A DNA stretch of 64,000 nt, taken from NCBI GenBank assembly GCA_008632985.1, contig QPGO01000042.1, forward strand, positions 1 through 64,000, written 5' to 3'. Every line of letters starts with the position of its first letter. The stretch's first letter is position 1. Below, piece after piece: positions 13,541-25,314 of this stretch. The position numbers and the translations under genes are program-made. The stretch comes from Psammoneis japonica. Lineage: Eukaryota. The notes below the pieces were generated by a model that was not told where the DNA came from, ran no database searches, and saw nothing but the letters and a program-made list of their open reading frames with translations.

Positions 13541-14080
13541 GATGACCCGGTATTTGCGTTGCAATGAGAATCGGAATGCAAACGAACCACCCATCGGAAC
13601 ACGCTTCTTCTTCTCAAAGATCGGAAGTTTGTGAGGAAAAAAACGAACAGAATTCTTTAGAGTGACTTCTCTCGGCGGGCACTTCTTTTATAAAAAATTA
13701 TACAAAAAACCGTGAAATCTCCGAATCAGGAGGGACACTATAATAAGATGACGTGTCCTTATTCATAAGTACCACGTCTCATGTACACGTCACTTCAACA
13801 TTCATACTCCGAGTCTCCGAAATTCAGATATTCGAGTTCGTAGATAAAACATAATTATATACATACATCATCTTCGGCATTGAATATATTTGAATCTGGA
13901 AGTACGAAGTACGTACGTACTGTACGTCGCGAGAATTTGCGCGTAAGTCCACGCGCAGACAACGGGCGCACCCCATCAATCAAGCATCACGAGGCTGTCG
14001 TCAGCTGTCAAAAGCGGATCAATCAAACATCAATGACACAAGTGACACCAGCGATCTTGGTCCATTCGTCAGCAATCACC

Positions 14081-15473
14081 ATGTCGTCTCTCGTTACTCG
14101 ACGCCTCCTCTCCAAGAAGCTTTTGTTGCGTCAAGCGACAGCACTACAGCAGACACGTAGCCATCACCCTGATCCTTTCAATCCAAAGGTGACGAAAGGA
14201 TGGAAGGCTGCTCTCAAGGTATGTGCTCGCACTCAATCTTCGACATCATCTGTCGTTTGTTTCTCACATTATCATTGTTACTCACCAACGTGAATTTTTA
14301 CAGGAAGCGGATCTACCTCGCACCAAATTCGACCAGGAGATTGCCGAGGGACTCGAATTGGGTCTCCCCGGCGCTTCTTCGATCGACGACAAGACCATCC
14401 CAACATTTTCGAGGGGCGAACTACCACACTTTGCTGGAATCAACACGTTCCTCAAGGCTCCGTACGTGGAAGATGCCAAACTGGTTGGAGAGTATGATGC
14501 GGCTGTAGTGGGCGTTCCGTTTGACGGGGGTTGCACCTATCGTGCGGGAACGCGCTTTGGACCTCAGGGGATCCGCCGCATCTCGGCCTTGTACACTCCC
14601 TACAACTACGAAAAGGGTATTGACCTTCGAGAACAAATGACTCTCTGCGACATTGGAGATGTCTTTACTATTCCTGCAAACCTAGAAAAGAGGTAAGTAA
14701 GCCTTGCTCCTTGTTGCTTTGTTTTGGATTCGAAACGTTGTGCCAGCTAACTTGCCGTTTCCCTACGTCGTTGTAGCTTTGATCAAATCTCGAATGCAGT
14801 TGCTCACATTGCATCCACAGGAACAATGCCGATCATCTTAGGTGGTGATCATTCAATTGGATTTCCCACGGTTCGTGGGCTGGCGTCGGTGACCAGCAAG
14901 AACATTGGCATCATTCATGTTGATCGCCATGCTGATATCCAAGAGAAGGATCTCGACGAACGCATGCACACCACTCCATACTTTCATGCCACAAACCTAC
15001 CCAACGTTCGCCCTCAGAATCTGGTCCAAATCGGAATCGGGGGCTGGCAGGTTCCTCGCCCCGCTGTTCCCAACATGATTGAACGGGAGACGAACATCTT
15101 TACCATGGATGACATTGAACACTACGGCATTGACAAGATTGCAGAAATGGCTCTAGAGCGAGCTTGGGATGGCTGCGATGCTGTCTACATGAGTTATGAC
15201 ATCGACTCCATTGAAGCCGCTTTTGTGCCTGGTACTGGATGGCCTGAGCCAGGTGGTCTGTTGCCTCGAGAGGCACTCAAGTTGGTAGGACTTGTCGCTA
15301 AAGAAGGTCTTTGCGGCATGGAGGTTGTAGAAGTGAGTCCGCCGTACGATCATGCTGACATCACATCCTTGATGGCTCTTCGCATTGTAGTTGATGCCTT
15401 GGGTGCCATGGTTAGTCATGGAACGCTTGGAAAACACAAGGACATTATTGACAAAGAATTTGTGCCGTTTTAG
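14081..15473 (+). CDS. gdmH: Ureohydrolase of the Ni-dependent guanidine hydrolase (GdmH/Sll1077) type, with a mitochondrial-type presequence
   Basis: Introns are 14219-14303 and 14693-14776. Arginase-fold ligands are GGDHS, DRHAD and DIDS. Long stretches match my recollection of Synechocystis GdmH: IPTFSRGELPHxAGINTF, GTRFGPQGIRRISALYTPYN, DLDERMHT and PGTGWPEPGGLLPREAL. Confidence 0.8.
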
Positions 15474-16317
15474 ATGAAGCTCAAAGTAGTGGCTTCGAAC
15501 CCTTTAGATACCTCCATGATGTGAATTCGACATTACTCGTAAATACACACACACTATCTCTCTCCTAAGCATTACTTGGTTTTGGTTCTTTTTTATCTGC
15601 GTGCAGCCAGCAGCTCTACTCTCTATTAGAGAGAGCTTGGCACTCCTGCACCTGTGTTCACAAGAATGTTGGCCCGCTTGGGCAAATTTGCTCATCGCTC
15701 AGCCCACACAACACACAAGTTCCACTTCGTCATCACATTGTTACCTCTCCATTGTGCCAAGTGGCATTCTTGTCCAAAAACGAAGGTGTGAGCAGCTGAT
15801 TTGCTCTCTTTGCCTTTGGCTTTCAATTGGGAGCAACAATGATGTCTCCGACGAGAAGTCAACTCGCTTGGTTGGCGGTCGTCTTCCTGTTGCTGTTCAC
15901 CTTTTTAACAATCACTCAGTCCATTGGCTCATTTATCACCTCACCCCAACATGCACCATCATCAAACAACATTTTGGAGGACAGGTGAGACTGTGGCAGG
16001 GGGGCTCCTGTGTTGGGTGGGCTGGTTCTGGCTGGCAAGTTTTCATGTTTGGTTTGATGCCTTTGGACATGCCTCATCGTAAATTCTCAAATTTGGCATG
16101 CTGGTTCTCCCTGCAGCTCAGGAGAGTGGTTTGGCACCCAGCATGGTGCTGGCTTTGGGTCATCTTGAGCTCTTCTTGACATGAAGGCCAGGAACAAAGA
16201 GATGGAAAAGCTTGGAATCACAAAGGAAATGTTGGAGATCATGGTGGGAAAGTGCGTGTGGCTGCCTTGCTGGTGGCATTGATGGACTGAAAGTTGCACA
16301 AAGGAGAGCCTGGAAAC

Positions 16318-18946
16318 TCAGCAGAGATTTGTTTGCAAGTTAGACAATGCCGCTGAGCAATCATGCGAGAAAGCACAAACAGCCATCGTGTCATCTGTGT
16401 GTGGCCCCAAAAAGGTCTGGCGAGTTGCGCACATGTTGCCCACCATCAGCAAGCCACCATTTGACCCACCTTGTGCAGCAAGCTTTGAGGGCTTGCATGG
16501 CTTCTGTGATGCAAGGTGCTCAGCAATGGCAACAAATCTTTGCAGCTTTTGTTTCTGCTTTCTTTTGGTGCGGCACAAAACCTCAAGCAAGACAAGCACA
16601 TGTGAGAACACTGCTGGGGCAGACCAAATGTGCAGGGAAGTGGGGTTGCCTGGCAAACACACAGGATTTGCCTCATGCTCCTGGGGACTGAACTTTCCAC
16701 CACCTCTGACATTTGCCTCTGCACATGCACCACCACACTCAAGCTGTGCAATTCCAAATGAACAAAGTGGGAGACACAGTCACAGGTGAGACTCTTCCAA
16801 AGAAGGCTGCACAGAAACAAATCTTGCGGGATGACAAACAGCAATCACTCACCGGCAGCAATGTGGTGCAAACAGAGAGCAATTTCAAAGCCACTGCAGC
16901 AGCTGTGAAGCAATGCACAGGTGTGCTGCCATCCACCACAACTCCTTTCTTCTTTGCTGAGAAGCAAGGTGCTTTTGTCCCATCCTTGCCAGTCGCTGTT
17001 TCCTGAGCAACTTCCAGATCAGAAAAACCATGTTGCGATGACAGGGCTTTTTTCTCCTGCATGTGTGGTTCAAGACAGTCTTTTTCTGGCTGTCCACCTT
17101 GAGATCCAACATTGCTGCAATTTGCCAAGCAGAGCTCACTTCACTGTGTGTGTCAACTTCCAGGGAGCCAGCAGAACTCACCACTTTTTTCCATGTGCAT
17201 TGACTGGAACAGGAATGCCAGATTGAGTTGATGCTGCCAAGTCACCCCCTGCCTTGCACGGAGCAGATCAACTCTCTTGGATCTTGTGGAACTCAAGCTT
17301 CAACTCTTGACATTGTCCAACAAAGACAGGACAAAACAGTTCTTTGTCACAATGCAGTTCTCAATGGCAGCTCTGTTGCCAGGCTTGAAGACAACATTGC
17401 AGGCACAGGCCTCCTTTCTGTTTGAGAGCAAATCCTTTGCACACACTGACACAAAGCACTGAGCCCTGCTTGCAATCCTCCTTTCTCAGAACAGGCTCCT
17501 GGTCAGATTGTAGATGGATGATCAACACATTGCCAACAAATGTTGCACTTGCATCATCTTGAACACATCAAGCTCCACAAAGTCTTGTCCTCTGCATTCC
17601 TCTGGCTGTGTTTTTCATGTCATCTGGAGCCAACAAATGTTCAAACTGAACTGTCTGAACCCATTTTTCTTGTCAGTGCAGAAAGTTGGTGCATGAGGGT
17701 GCACTTCATAAATTGGCCCTCCACAATGCCGCTGGTCATGCGCACGCACACTGACAGAGACATCATTTTGCTCACCCTCAACCACAACAAGGGCATCCTC
17801 CAGGTTCATGCCATGGACCTGCTTTCTCACTGCACGAGGGCATCCAGCCAGAATCTGTCAAGCTTTCTTCTCCAAAGTCTGTCCTGCTGACAAGAACAAT
17901 GTTTCTGCTCTTGCAGCTTGTTCTGGTCTCAGCGTTGCTGACAATGGAGGGATCTTGTTGTTCTGCAATTGGGAAATCACCTTCAAGAGGATCAAACTCC
18001 TCAACATGCACAGCTTTGGATCCACCTTGAGAGAGTCTCAGAAGTGACCAAGTCACCCGTTGGCCGTTGTTTGAAAACCAGTGGTGTGCTCCAGCCAGTG
18101 GTGGGTGGCACTGACCCCCTCCAAACCAACAACATGTCATCCTTTTCAGCGACAGTTCATCAACATCTGCAACAGTGCTCCACTTGTGGTTTGCAGAGTG
18201 GCAGGTTTGCATCATCATCTTTTGCCAAATTCCTTTGGGGTTCTGCAATTTGCACCGGGTTTTCAGAAAAGTTCAGAGCTGGAAATCATTTGATGCATGT
18301 CAGTGAGGAGTGCACAGTTGACGCTGCATTGCCCTCAAGTCCTTCCTGAAGTTCAGCAAGGAAAAGGGGCTCCCCCACTTCTGCATGGCCACATTGCCCA
18401 CAATGAGAGATGTGTTCTTCACTCTCAAGAGCTGCCAAAACATGGTCATGCTTGCCCACGCAGTCAGATTTGTTGAGATTGCCCAGAGCTTTTGGGCACT
18501 TTTCATCAGCTGTGTCTGCAACATGTTTCCATGCTGAACCAGAGTGATGCTTGTCAATCATTGAAATTTCCATGTCTGCTCAATGTTTCTGCCAATCTTC
18601 ATTGTGCATGGATGTTGACTCTGTTTCTTGACAGTTGTCAAGTCACAAACAACCAATTTTTTTGCTTGTTTCAAGTCACCAGTGTTGCTTCTTGTGACTG
18701 CATTTCTAAACATAAGTTTGCGTGCATTTTTTGAGTGCATGGTTGACGCTGCATTGCCCTCAAGTCCTTCCAGAAGTTCAGCAAGGAAAAGGGGCTCCCC
18801 CACTTCTGCATGGCCACATTGCCCACAATGAGGGATGTGTTCTTCACTCTCAAGAGCCACCAAAACATGGTCATGCTTGCCCATGCAGTCAGATTTGTTG
18901 AGATTGCTCAGAGCTTTTGGGCACTTTTTATCAGCTGTGTCTGCAA
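16318..18946 (-). pseudogene. Prolyl oligopeptidase (S9A) pseudogene, main body
   Basis: Degenerate motifs are GGSNGGLLM (catalytic Ser), KDGTKAPCF, LSQGGSKAVHVEEFD, TDFGEESLTDSG and VLAALESEEHI. There are many frameshifts and stops. Confidence 0.85.
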
Positions 18947-19157
18947 TGTGTTTCCATGCTGAACCAGAGTGACACTTGTCAATCATTGAAATTTCCATGT
19001 CTGCTCAATGTTTCTGCCGATTTTCATTGTGCATGGATGTTGACTCTGTTTCTTGACAGTTGTCAAGTCACAAACAATTAATTTTTTTCTTGTTTCAAGT
19101 CACCAGTGTTGCTTGTTGTGACTGCATTTCTAAACTTGTTAAGTTTGTGTGCATTTT
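18308..19157. repeat. 425-bp tandem duplication spanning the pseudogene/transposon junction
   Basis: gttgacgctgcattgccctcaagtcc occurs at 18317 and 18742. Confidence 0.92.
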
Positions 19158-19399
19158 CCCTTCTCCTTCCATTTGCAAGCTGTTTCCCTTCTGTTTTGCT
19201 CTGTTTCTGCCAAATCTGTCCTTTTTTCCCCACTGCACACACCACAAGCTGTCCCCTGACCTAAAATCTGCCAACACGGCAATGGCACACCCCTGTTGCA
19301 ATCCACTTTGTCCTGGTTAGATGTCTGACAACAACAAAAATGACCAGTGTGCTCTCTGCTGACATTTCCAAAGGTGTCTCCAGTGTTCTTCTTTCTTCC

Positions 19400-21560
19400 A
19401 GCATTTGGGCCTTGACAATGCATCCTCCTCTCCCAACCACTCCCTGAGTGACAATGGTGCCTCCAGCTCTTTTGATGCATCAGAGCCTCTCAACATTCCC
19501 TCAATTCAAGCACTGGGATTCATGTCCCTGTCTCTTCATGATGGTGATCCATTGTGCCTTTGCCTGGATGCCAGTGATCAAGAGTTTCAACCATCCACCC
19601 ACAATGATCTTTCCTCCGATGAATTGCCAGGGGGGGGGGGGGGTTCTTTAACAACAAAGGGGTCAATTCTCATCATGCACCACAGTGCAGAAGAACTTGG
19701 TGTTGGCTCTCTTGTTGCTCAAGACCCATCCAATGATGACATCTGCTGCAACAATGTCCTTTTCCCAGAGGAGGAGTTCAATGTTCTCTCAGCACAATGT
19801 TCTCTGTGTCATCCTCTTCTCTCCCCAACAAGGACAAAGACAATGATGGTTTGCACTGCAGATGGAAGAAGCTCAGCTGTTGCAACTCCATGCATTTGTG
19901 AAGCCAATGCTGCCAAGAAGCTTTGCCATGTGGAGGAAGAGTTGGCTGTGACAATGAAGAAGCAACATCTCTCCCATGGTTTGCACAAGGCTTTTTTTCT
20001 TGGGCTGGACATGCCTGTGGACTGTGAGTGCAAGTCTCCCTCCTGCTCTGCCACCTTGTGATGTGTGAAAGCCAAGCATGCCAATTGTGTGGGCCCAGAG
20101 CCCATTTGCTCCACAGTGCATGTGGGACCCAAGTTCCCCCCAATGCGTGTGCACCATTTTTCCTTTCTGCATCATGTGAGAAGGGTGCTCCGTGATCCCC
20201 AGGTTGTCCAGTCAGTGGTTGCACCATGAGAAGCACTGGCCCAAAACAAACAAGCACATTTGTGGCTCTCTCAACACTGGAGACTGGTGGAAGCAAGCAG
20301 AGCATGATCTCAAATGTTCCCTTGATGAACTGGGCAATGGCTGCCCCTCTGGGTCACACTTTGTTTGCCCAGTTGTGCTGTTTGACAATTCCACCTTTTG
20401 TGTCAACACAGGTCATGTGCAAGCAAACCAGTTCTTGCAACATTCAGAGAGCGCTTTTCTTGGTCTGGACTTTCTTGTGCACATCCAAGCTCCACAGCTT
20501 TCTTCACTTCCTTTTTTACATTCATCATTGCGGCAATGCCAACATTTTTAGGGTGGATTTTGTGAAGCTCTTCTCAAGATGCTTTTGAAACAAACTGCTA
20601 AAAACGCTGGTCATCAGCAAGATGTGCCACACCTTGATGTGTTGAATCACCACTGCAAGGACCTCATGGCAAGGGAATCAGAGAAGCACTTGCTGGAGGC
20701 AGGTTGGCTGCATGCACAAGAGGATGAGGCTCCTGCACCTCAATCATCAAATTGTGGATGCACAGACCCTGCCGTCGCTGGATTCAAACTGTGTGAATCT
20801 GCAATGATGGCTGCTCAGGCTGCAAACGTGGATGACAGCAACACCACATTGCCTGTAAAATGCAGAGACAAGCAGCTGCAGACACTGTCACATCCATTTG
20901 CTCCAGGCCATCATGGCAATGAGTGGTTTGCATCCTTGCTGGATCATGCAGAACATTGCAAAGCCTTTCCATTGATGTTGTGAACTTTCGCTTTGGATGT
21001 GATGCTCCAGGCCAAGCCAATGATGAACATGACATTCTAAGATGCCACCCAAACTTTCACCCCCATCCTTGGGAACAAAGGAGTTGGCATGACTGGGCAA
21101 TGGTGAACTGGGATGAGAACAAAACAAGCCATTTGGTCAACATGACATTCTAAGATGCCACCCAAACTTTCACTCCCCTGTCCTTGGGAACAAAGGAGCA
21201 GGCATGACTGGGCAATGGTGAACTGGGATGAGAACAAAACAAGCCATTTGGTCACAGCTCATGTGTTGTTGCAGGCAACCTTGAAAAATCAAACGATGCA
21301 ACACAAATCCACAGTTTGTGCAATCCAGTCACTTCAGAGCTTTGCACCAACCAAAGATTCACTTCTGACCTTTTTCTTCTGTGATGAAACAGAGTTGGGA
21401 ATCAGAGTTGTTGATGCTTCTGAGATTGTGTTGTCTGCCACCTTTGTTCTTCCATCAATGAGGTTGCCACAAGACCCCAGTCCAGTGCCCAGCAAGAAAT
21501 GTCCCAAAAGTTTGTCAACCAAACACAACAGACTTGTTCATCTGAGCAGCCAATGATGTC
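19400..21560 (+). pseudogene. Plavaka-like transposase remnant
   Basis: Motifs LNTGDWWKQAE, FVCPVVLFDNSTFC and CHPNF...WHDWAMVNWD resemble Plavaka transposases. The sequence is fragmented and the boundaries are approximate. Confidence 0.6.
21026..21254. repeat. ~113-bp tandem duplication
   Basis: aacatgacattctaagatgccacccaaactttcac occurs at 21026 and 21139. Confidence 0.9.
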
Positions 21561-24500
21561 AAATGGAGTGGGATCCTGGAACAGCATGCTGCAGCAATGT
21601 GCGACTGTCTGTGGTTAACTCGTGTGAGTTCTTTGGCAAACATGTGCTGGCAGAGATTGCAGCCGGGGGCCAACTCACTGTGGATTCCATGGGCTCCATT
21701 GCTGGCAAATTCTCAACTGTTTTCATCCTGTTTTCTTCCTGAAGGAACTGCCAAGCCATTCAAAAGCAGCCAATCAACAAGCAATGAATGAGATGCTTGG
21801 TCTCTTGGGAAAGCCTCTGTAGATCAGTTCTTTTTGCTGGCAACTTTCTTTTGTGTTCCACCATCATGCATGACACTCACCCATTGAGGATGGTGAAGGG
21901 ACCACATTCTTGATGGTGCAACTCTCCATTCTTTTTTTTAACACAGCATCATTGCCATTGTGTGCAGTGCACCATCCTTTGGAATTTTTGAACAGCTGGG
22001 CATTGAAGCACCAAAAACATGTCATGACGGCACGGTGAGTGAGGAAATCACCCCACTCACCATGCCATTCCACAGCACAGCACTTGCATTGTTGAAAGTT
22101 CTGCACATGACAGTGGCAATTCATGCAGCTGCATTCATGTGGAACAAGGGTGTCAAGAATCCTTTCTTGCATCGTTCCAAAATGTGTGTGGTGGCAAATG
22201 ATGTTTTTTCAGACAGACCCATGCAGCACTGGTCCTCTGGCAGTTTCCTCCAAACATGCATCAGTTGTGCAAGAGTGCAGTCCTCTTCATTTGGATTTAG
22301 TTAGAAACCTTGTGCCACACCATCAACTTTCACATGTGTTGCAGACAATGCAGTGGCTTGTGACAACAACACACATGTTTGTGTCAATGAGTTCTCCTGT
22401 TTGCATCAACGAATGTTGCCATTGAGTGTGTCATTGTTTGTTGCAGAGGATTGACTGGCTGGAATAAAAACATCCAAAAATCTTTCTGCAAGGTTGCTGT
22501 GCTCTTGCTGGCATCTTGTTGAGATCAAATGAATGTGTGGAGCAGTTGCTGCATTGCTGCTGCTCTCTTGTCATTGTCTCGTTGAGAATGTGACAACAAA
22601 AGTTTCACTGTCCATTGAGAATGAATGATTGACAACAGAAAAACCAAATCCACAGCTCAAACAGCCAGCACACCACCTCAACCAATGCTCCAGAGTCAAG
22701 TCAGGCCAGTGCAGCAAGTGCTGCTGTTGCATCTTCACTCCTTCATCCACACAACAGCAGCAGAATGACCATGGATAAAACAAACTTGGACAAGTCTCCT
22801 GAGTTGGCTGTCTTTTTGGATGACAATCTTGACATGCTCAGCCTGGATGGTGCTGATTTGTCAAAGGATTCATTGATGCCGTCTCCATGCAAAAGAAATC
22901 ATGAGTGTTGGAGGACATTGTTTGCCTCACCAGGTGATGCTCATCTGTCAACAGATGCCATCCTGTCCCCCCCCCCCCAAGTGTTGGTCATCAAGCAAGG
23001 AACCTCCAGCAACCAAGTGGATGGCTGTGTCAAGCAGATCCCCTCCGAGGGGAAAACATCCACACAAGAGTGGCCGTTGCCCCTTTTCACCAATGCTGCT
23101 GCACTGTGCAATCATCCAAAAACAGTAGAGCACTGTGCCAAAACTCTGTTTTTGGAGGACAACTGCATGTTTTTCATTCAAAGCAACCACAAGCAGGAGC
23201 TGGACAACACAAAGTTGGACAAGACGTTTGAAGTGACACACCGTTGGTGTCATCTCCAGTGCTTCTGGTGCTGCCACAGTCTTTTTGCAATCATGATGAA
23301 ATCAGCTGTTTGGACTTGGATGACTCCTCCTTGCAGGATGCATTGGATGGGCTGTTTCAGCCAACCAAGAAAAGTGCAGCTGCAATGGATTGAAAGGAGC
23401 GGTCTGCAAAAAGGAGGAAGGCCACCAACCACCAAGGTGCAAAGGAAATGCCAAGTTCATTTTGGCAACCAGAACAATGCAAGGTTGAGTGGCCCCATTG
23501 TGCACACTCCCAGAAAAGCAGACATGGGTGGGCTTGGCTCTGTCAAGCTCATCCAAAAGCATTTGGAATGTGAGGAGGACAAGGAGATGGAAAAGAGCCT
23601 GCCAGGTGCATTGTTGAGAGCTCAGACAAGGCAGTGCCAAACACATTCTGGAAGGCTTGGTTTGTTCACAAAGAGTTGATGGAGTGGCACAAGAGGTGGT
23701 GGGCAACCACCAGCAGATGGCAAAAGAGCCACCCAATGGAGATGAAATGTCATGCTCCATTGAGGATGACAACCTGCACACCACTCTCCTCACCATTGGA
23801 AGTGGCTGTGGTGGTGGGGTTGCTGGCATTCACATTGACATGCAGGGTGCATCTGTGGGATGAAGGGGATTGCCAGACTTCCATTGCAACCTCACCGACA
23901 ATGCAAACATTGCCTTCCTTGCATGTGTTCCAGTCAGAAGAGGTGTGTTGCAACCCATCTTGGTTTTGCAATGGGCAAAAACCATGACCAATTTCTGTGC
24001 AGAATCATTTTGTCATGGAGCAGCTCATGTGGGGACTTGCCTCACTCATTGAACAACTTGTTTGTCCGTGCAAGTGAGTTGAACAAATTGCTCAGGCCCA
24101 AGCCAGAGTGGATTGGCAATTGCAGCAAGAATGGAAAATGTGTTTTCCTTGCTTGGCACACCAAGCAAAACTTGCCAATGGTGCATGCGATAGATGAGGT
24201 GCACCAAAAAAAAAAACATGGAGCCTCATGTCCACTCATGATGAAGATTGGCAACAGACTGAATCAAATTCAAAAGAACAGGAATGAATGGTGTGACACA
24301 AGCAGCATGAGCTCTGAGGAGGATTGGATCCATCTGTGTGAGAAGTTGGGCAGGATGGAACCAGCTCATGACTGTGGTGAGGAATCCAAAATTTGGCAAC
24401 TTCAGGAAAGGCAATCATTGCAATGACAGTGCATGTTGTGAAGTGCAGCTGCAGACAACAGACAAGGTCACTGCAGTTGGAACATTGCAAGTGGACATGG

Positions 24501-24834
24501 CCAAAATGCATCAAACTCCAGTGGATCCATGAGCCTCATTGAACATGTCATCGTTGTCTTCCACAGAATCCTCTGGCTCCTCTGGCTCCATTGCATCCAG
24601 TTGCAACTTGTTGTCCTGAACAGAGGGTGGGAAATCAACTTGATCAACCAGGGCCAGGTTGCTGTTGCCTGTTCCCTCATTGCATGACAAAAAATCAAGA
24701 GTTGGTGCAATCAGAGTGTCCATCGTCAGAGCAGCTGAACCTGCATTTGCGGCAACAGCTGGCTGACTCAGTTCCTCCACCTCCAAATTGTTGTTTGATG
24801 AAACAAAGGCAAGCCCATGCCCTGAGTTGGGGTT

Positions 24835-25314
24835 CCCAGGCTCATTTGGAGCACCATCGAATGCCCTGTTGGAGCTGATGACAATGTTGCAACACCTCAT
24901 GAAATGTGCAATGTCCGGGGTGGCATGCTTCTGCTTGGATTTTGCCAACAGGACATTGGCAATGAAATGACCACCAAAACATGTGCATTCTTGAACAGCA
25001 TCCTGAGCAGCTGGATTGCTGCTTTCAGGTGCAGAGCTGGCACATCATCTCCATGTTTTGCAGGCCATCAATCACCCAGGCTCATTTGGAGCACCATCGA
25101 ATGCCCTGTTGGAGCTGATGACAATGTTGCAACACCTCATGAAATGTGCAATGTCCGGGGTGGCATGCTTCTGCTTGGATTTTGCCAACAGGACATTGGC
25201 AATGAAATGACCACCAAAACATGTGCACTCTTGAACAGCATCCTGAGCAGCTGGATTGCTGCTTTCAGGTGCAGAGCTGGCACATCATCTCCATGTTTTG
25301 CAGGCCATCAATCA
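24835..25314. repeat. 240-bp near-perfect tandem duplication
   Basis: cccaggctcatttggagcaccatcg occurs at 24835 and 25075. I noticed only one mismatch between the copies. Confidence 0.95.

Noticed and set aside
13600..14303. Guanidine riboswitch upstream of or inside gdmH
   Set aside because: I saw no paired ACGR hairpins or ykkC-like consensus by eye. An Infernal scan with the Rfam guanidine models would be decisive.
21860..22600. Ulp1-like protease cargo in the transposon
   Set aside because: The resemblance is vague and I could not place a catalytic triad.
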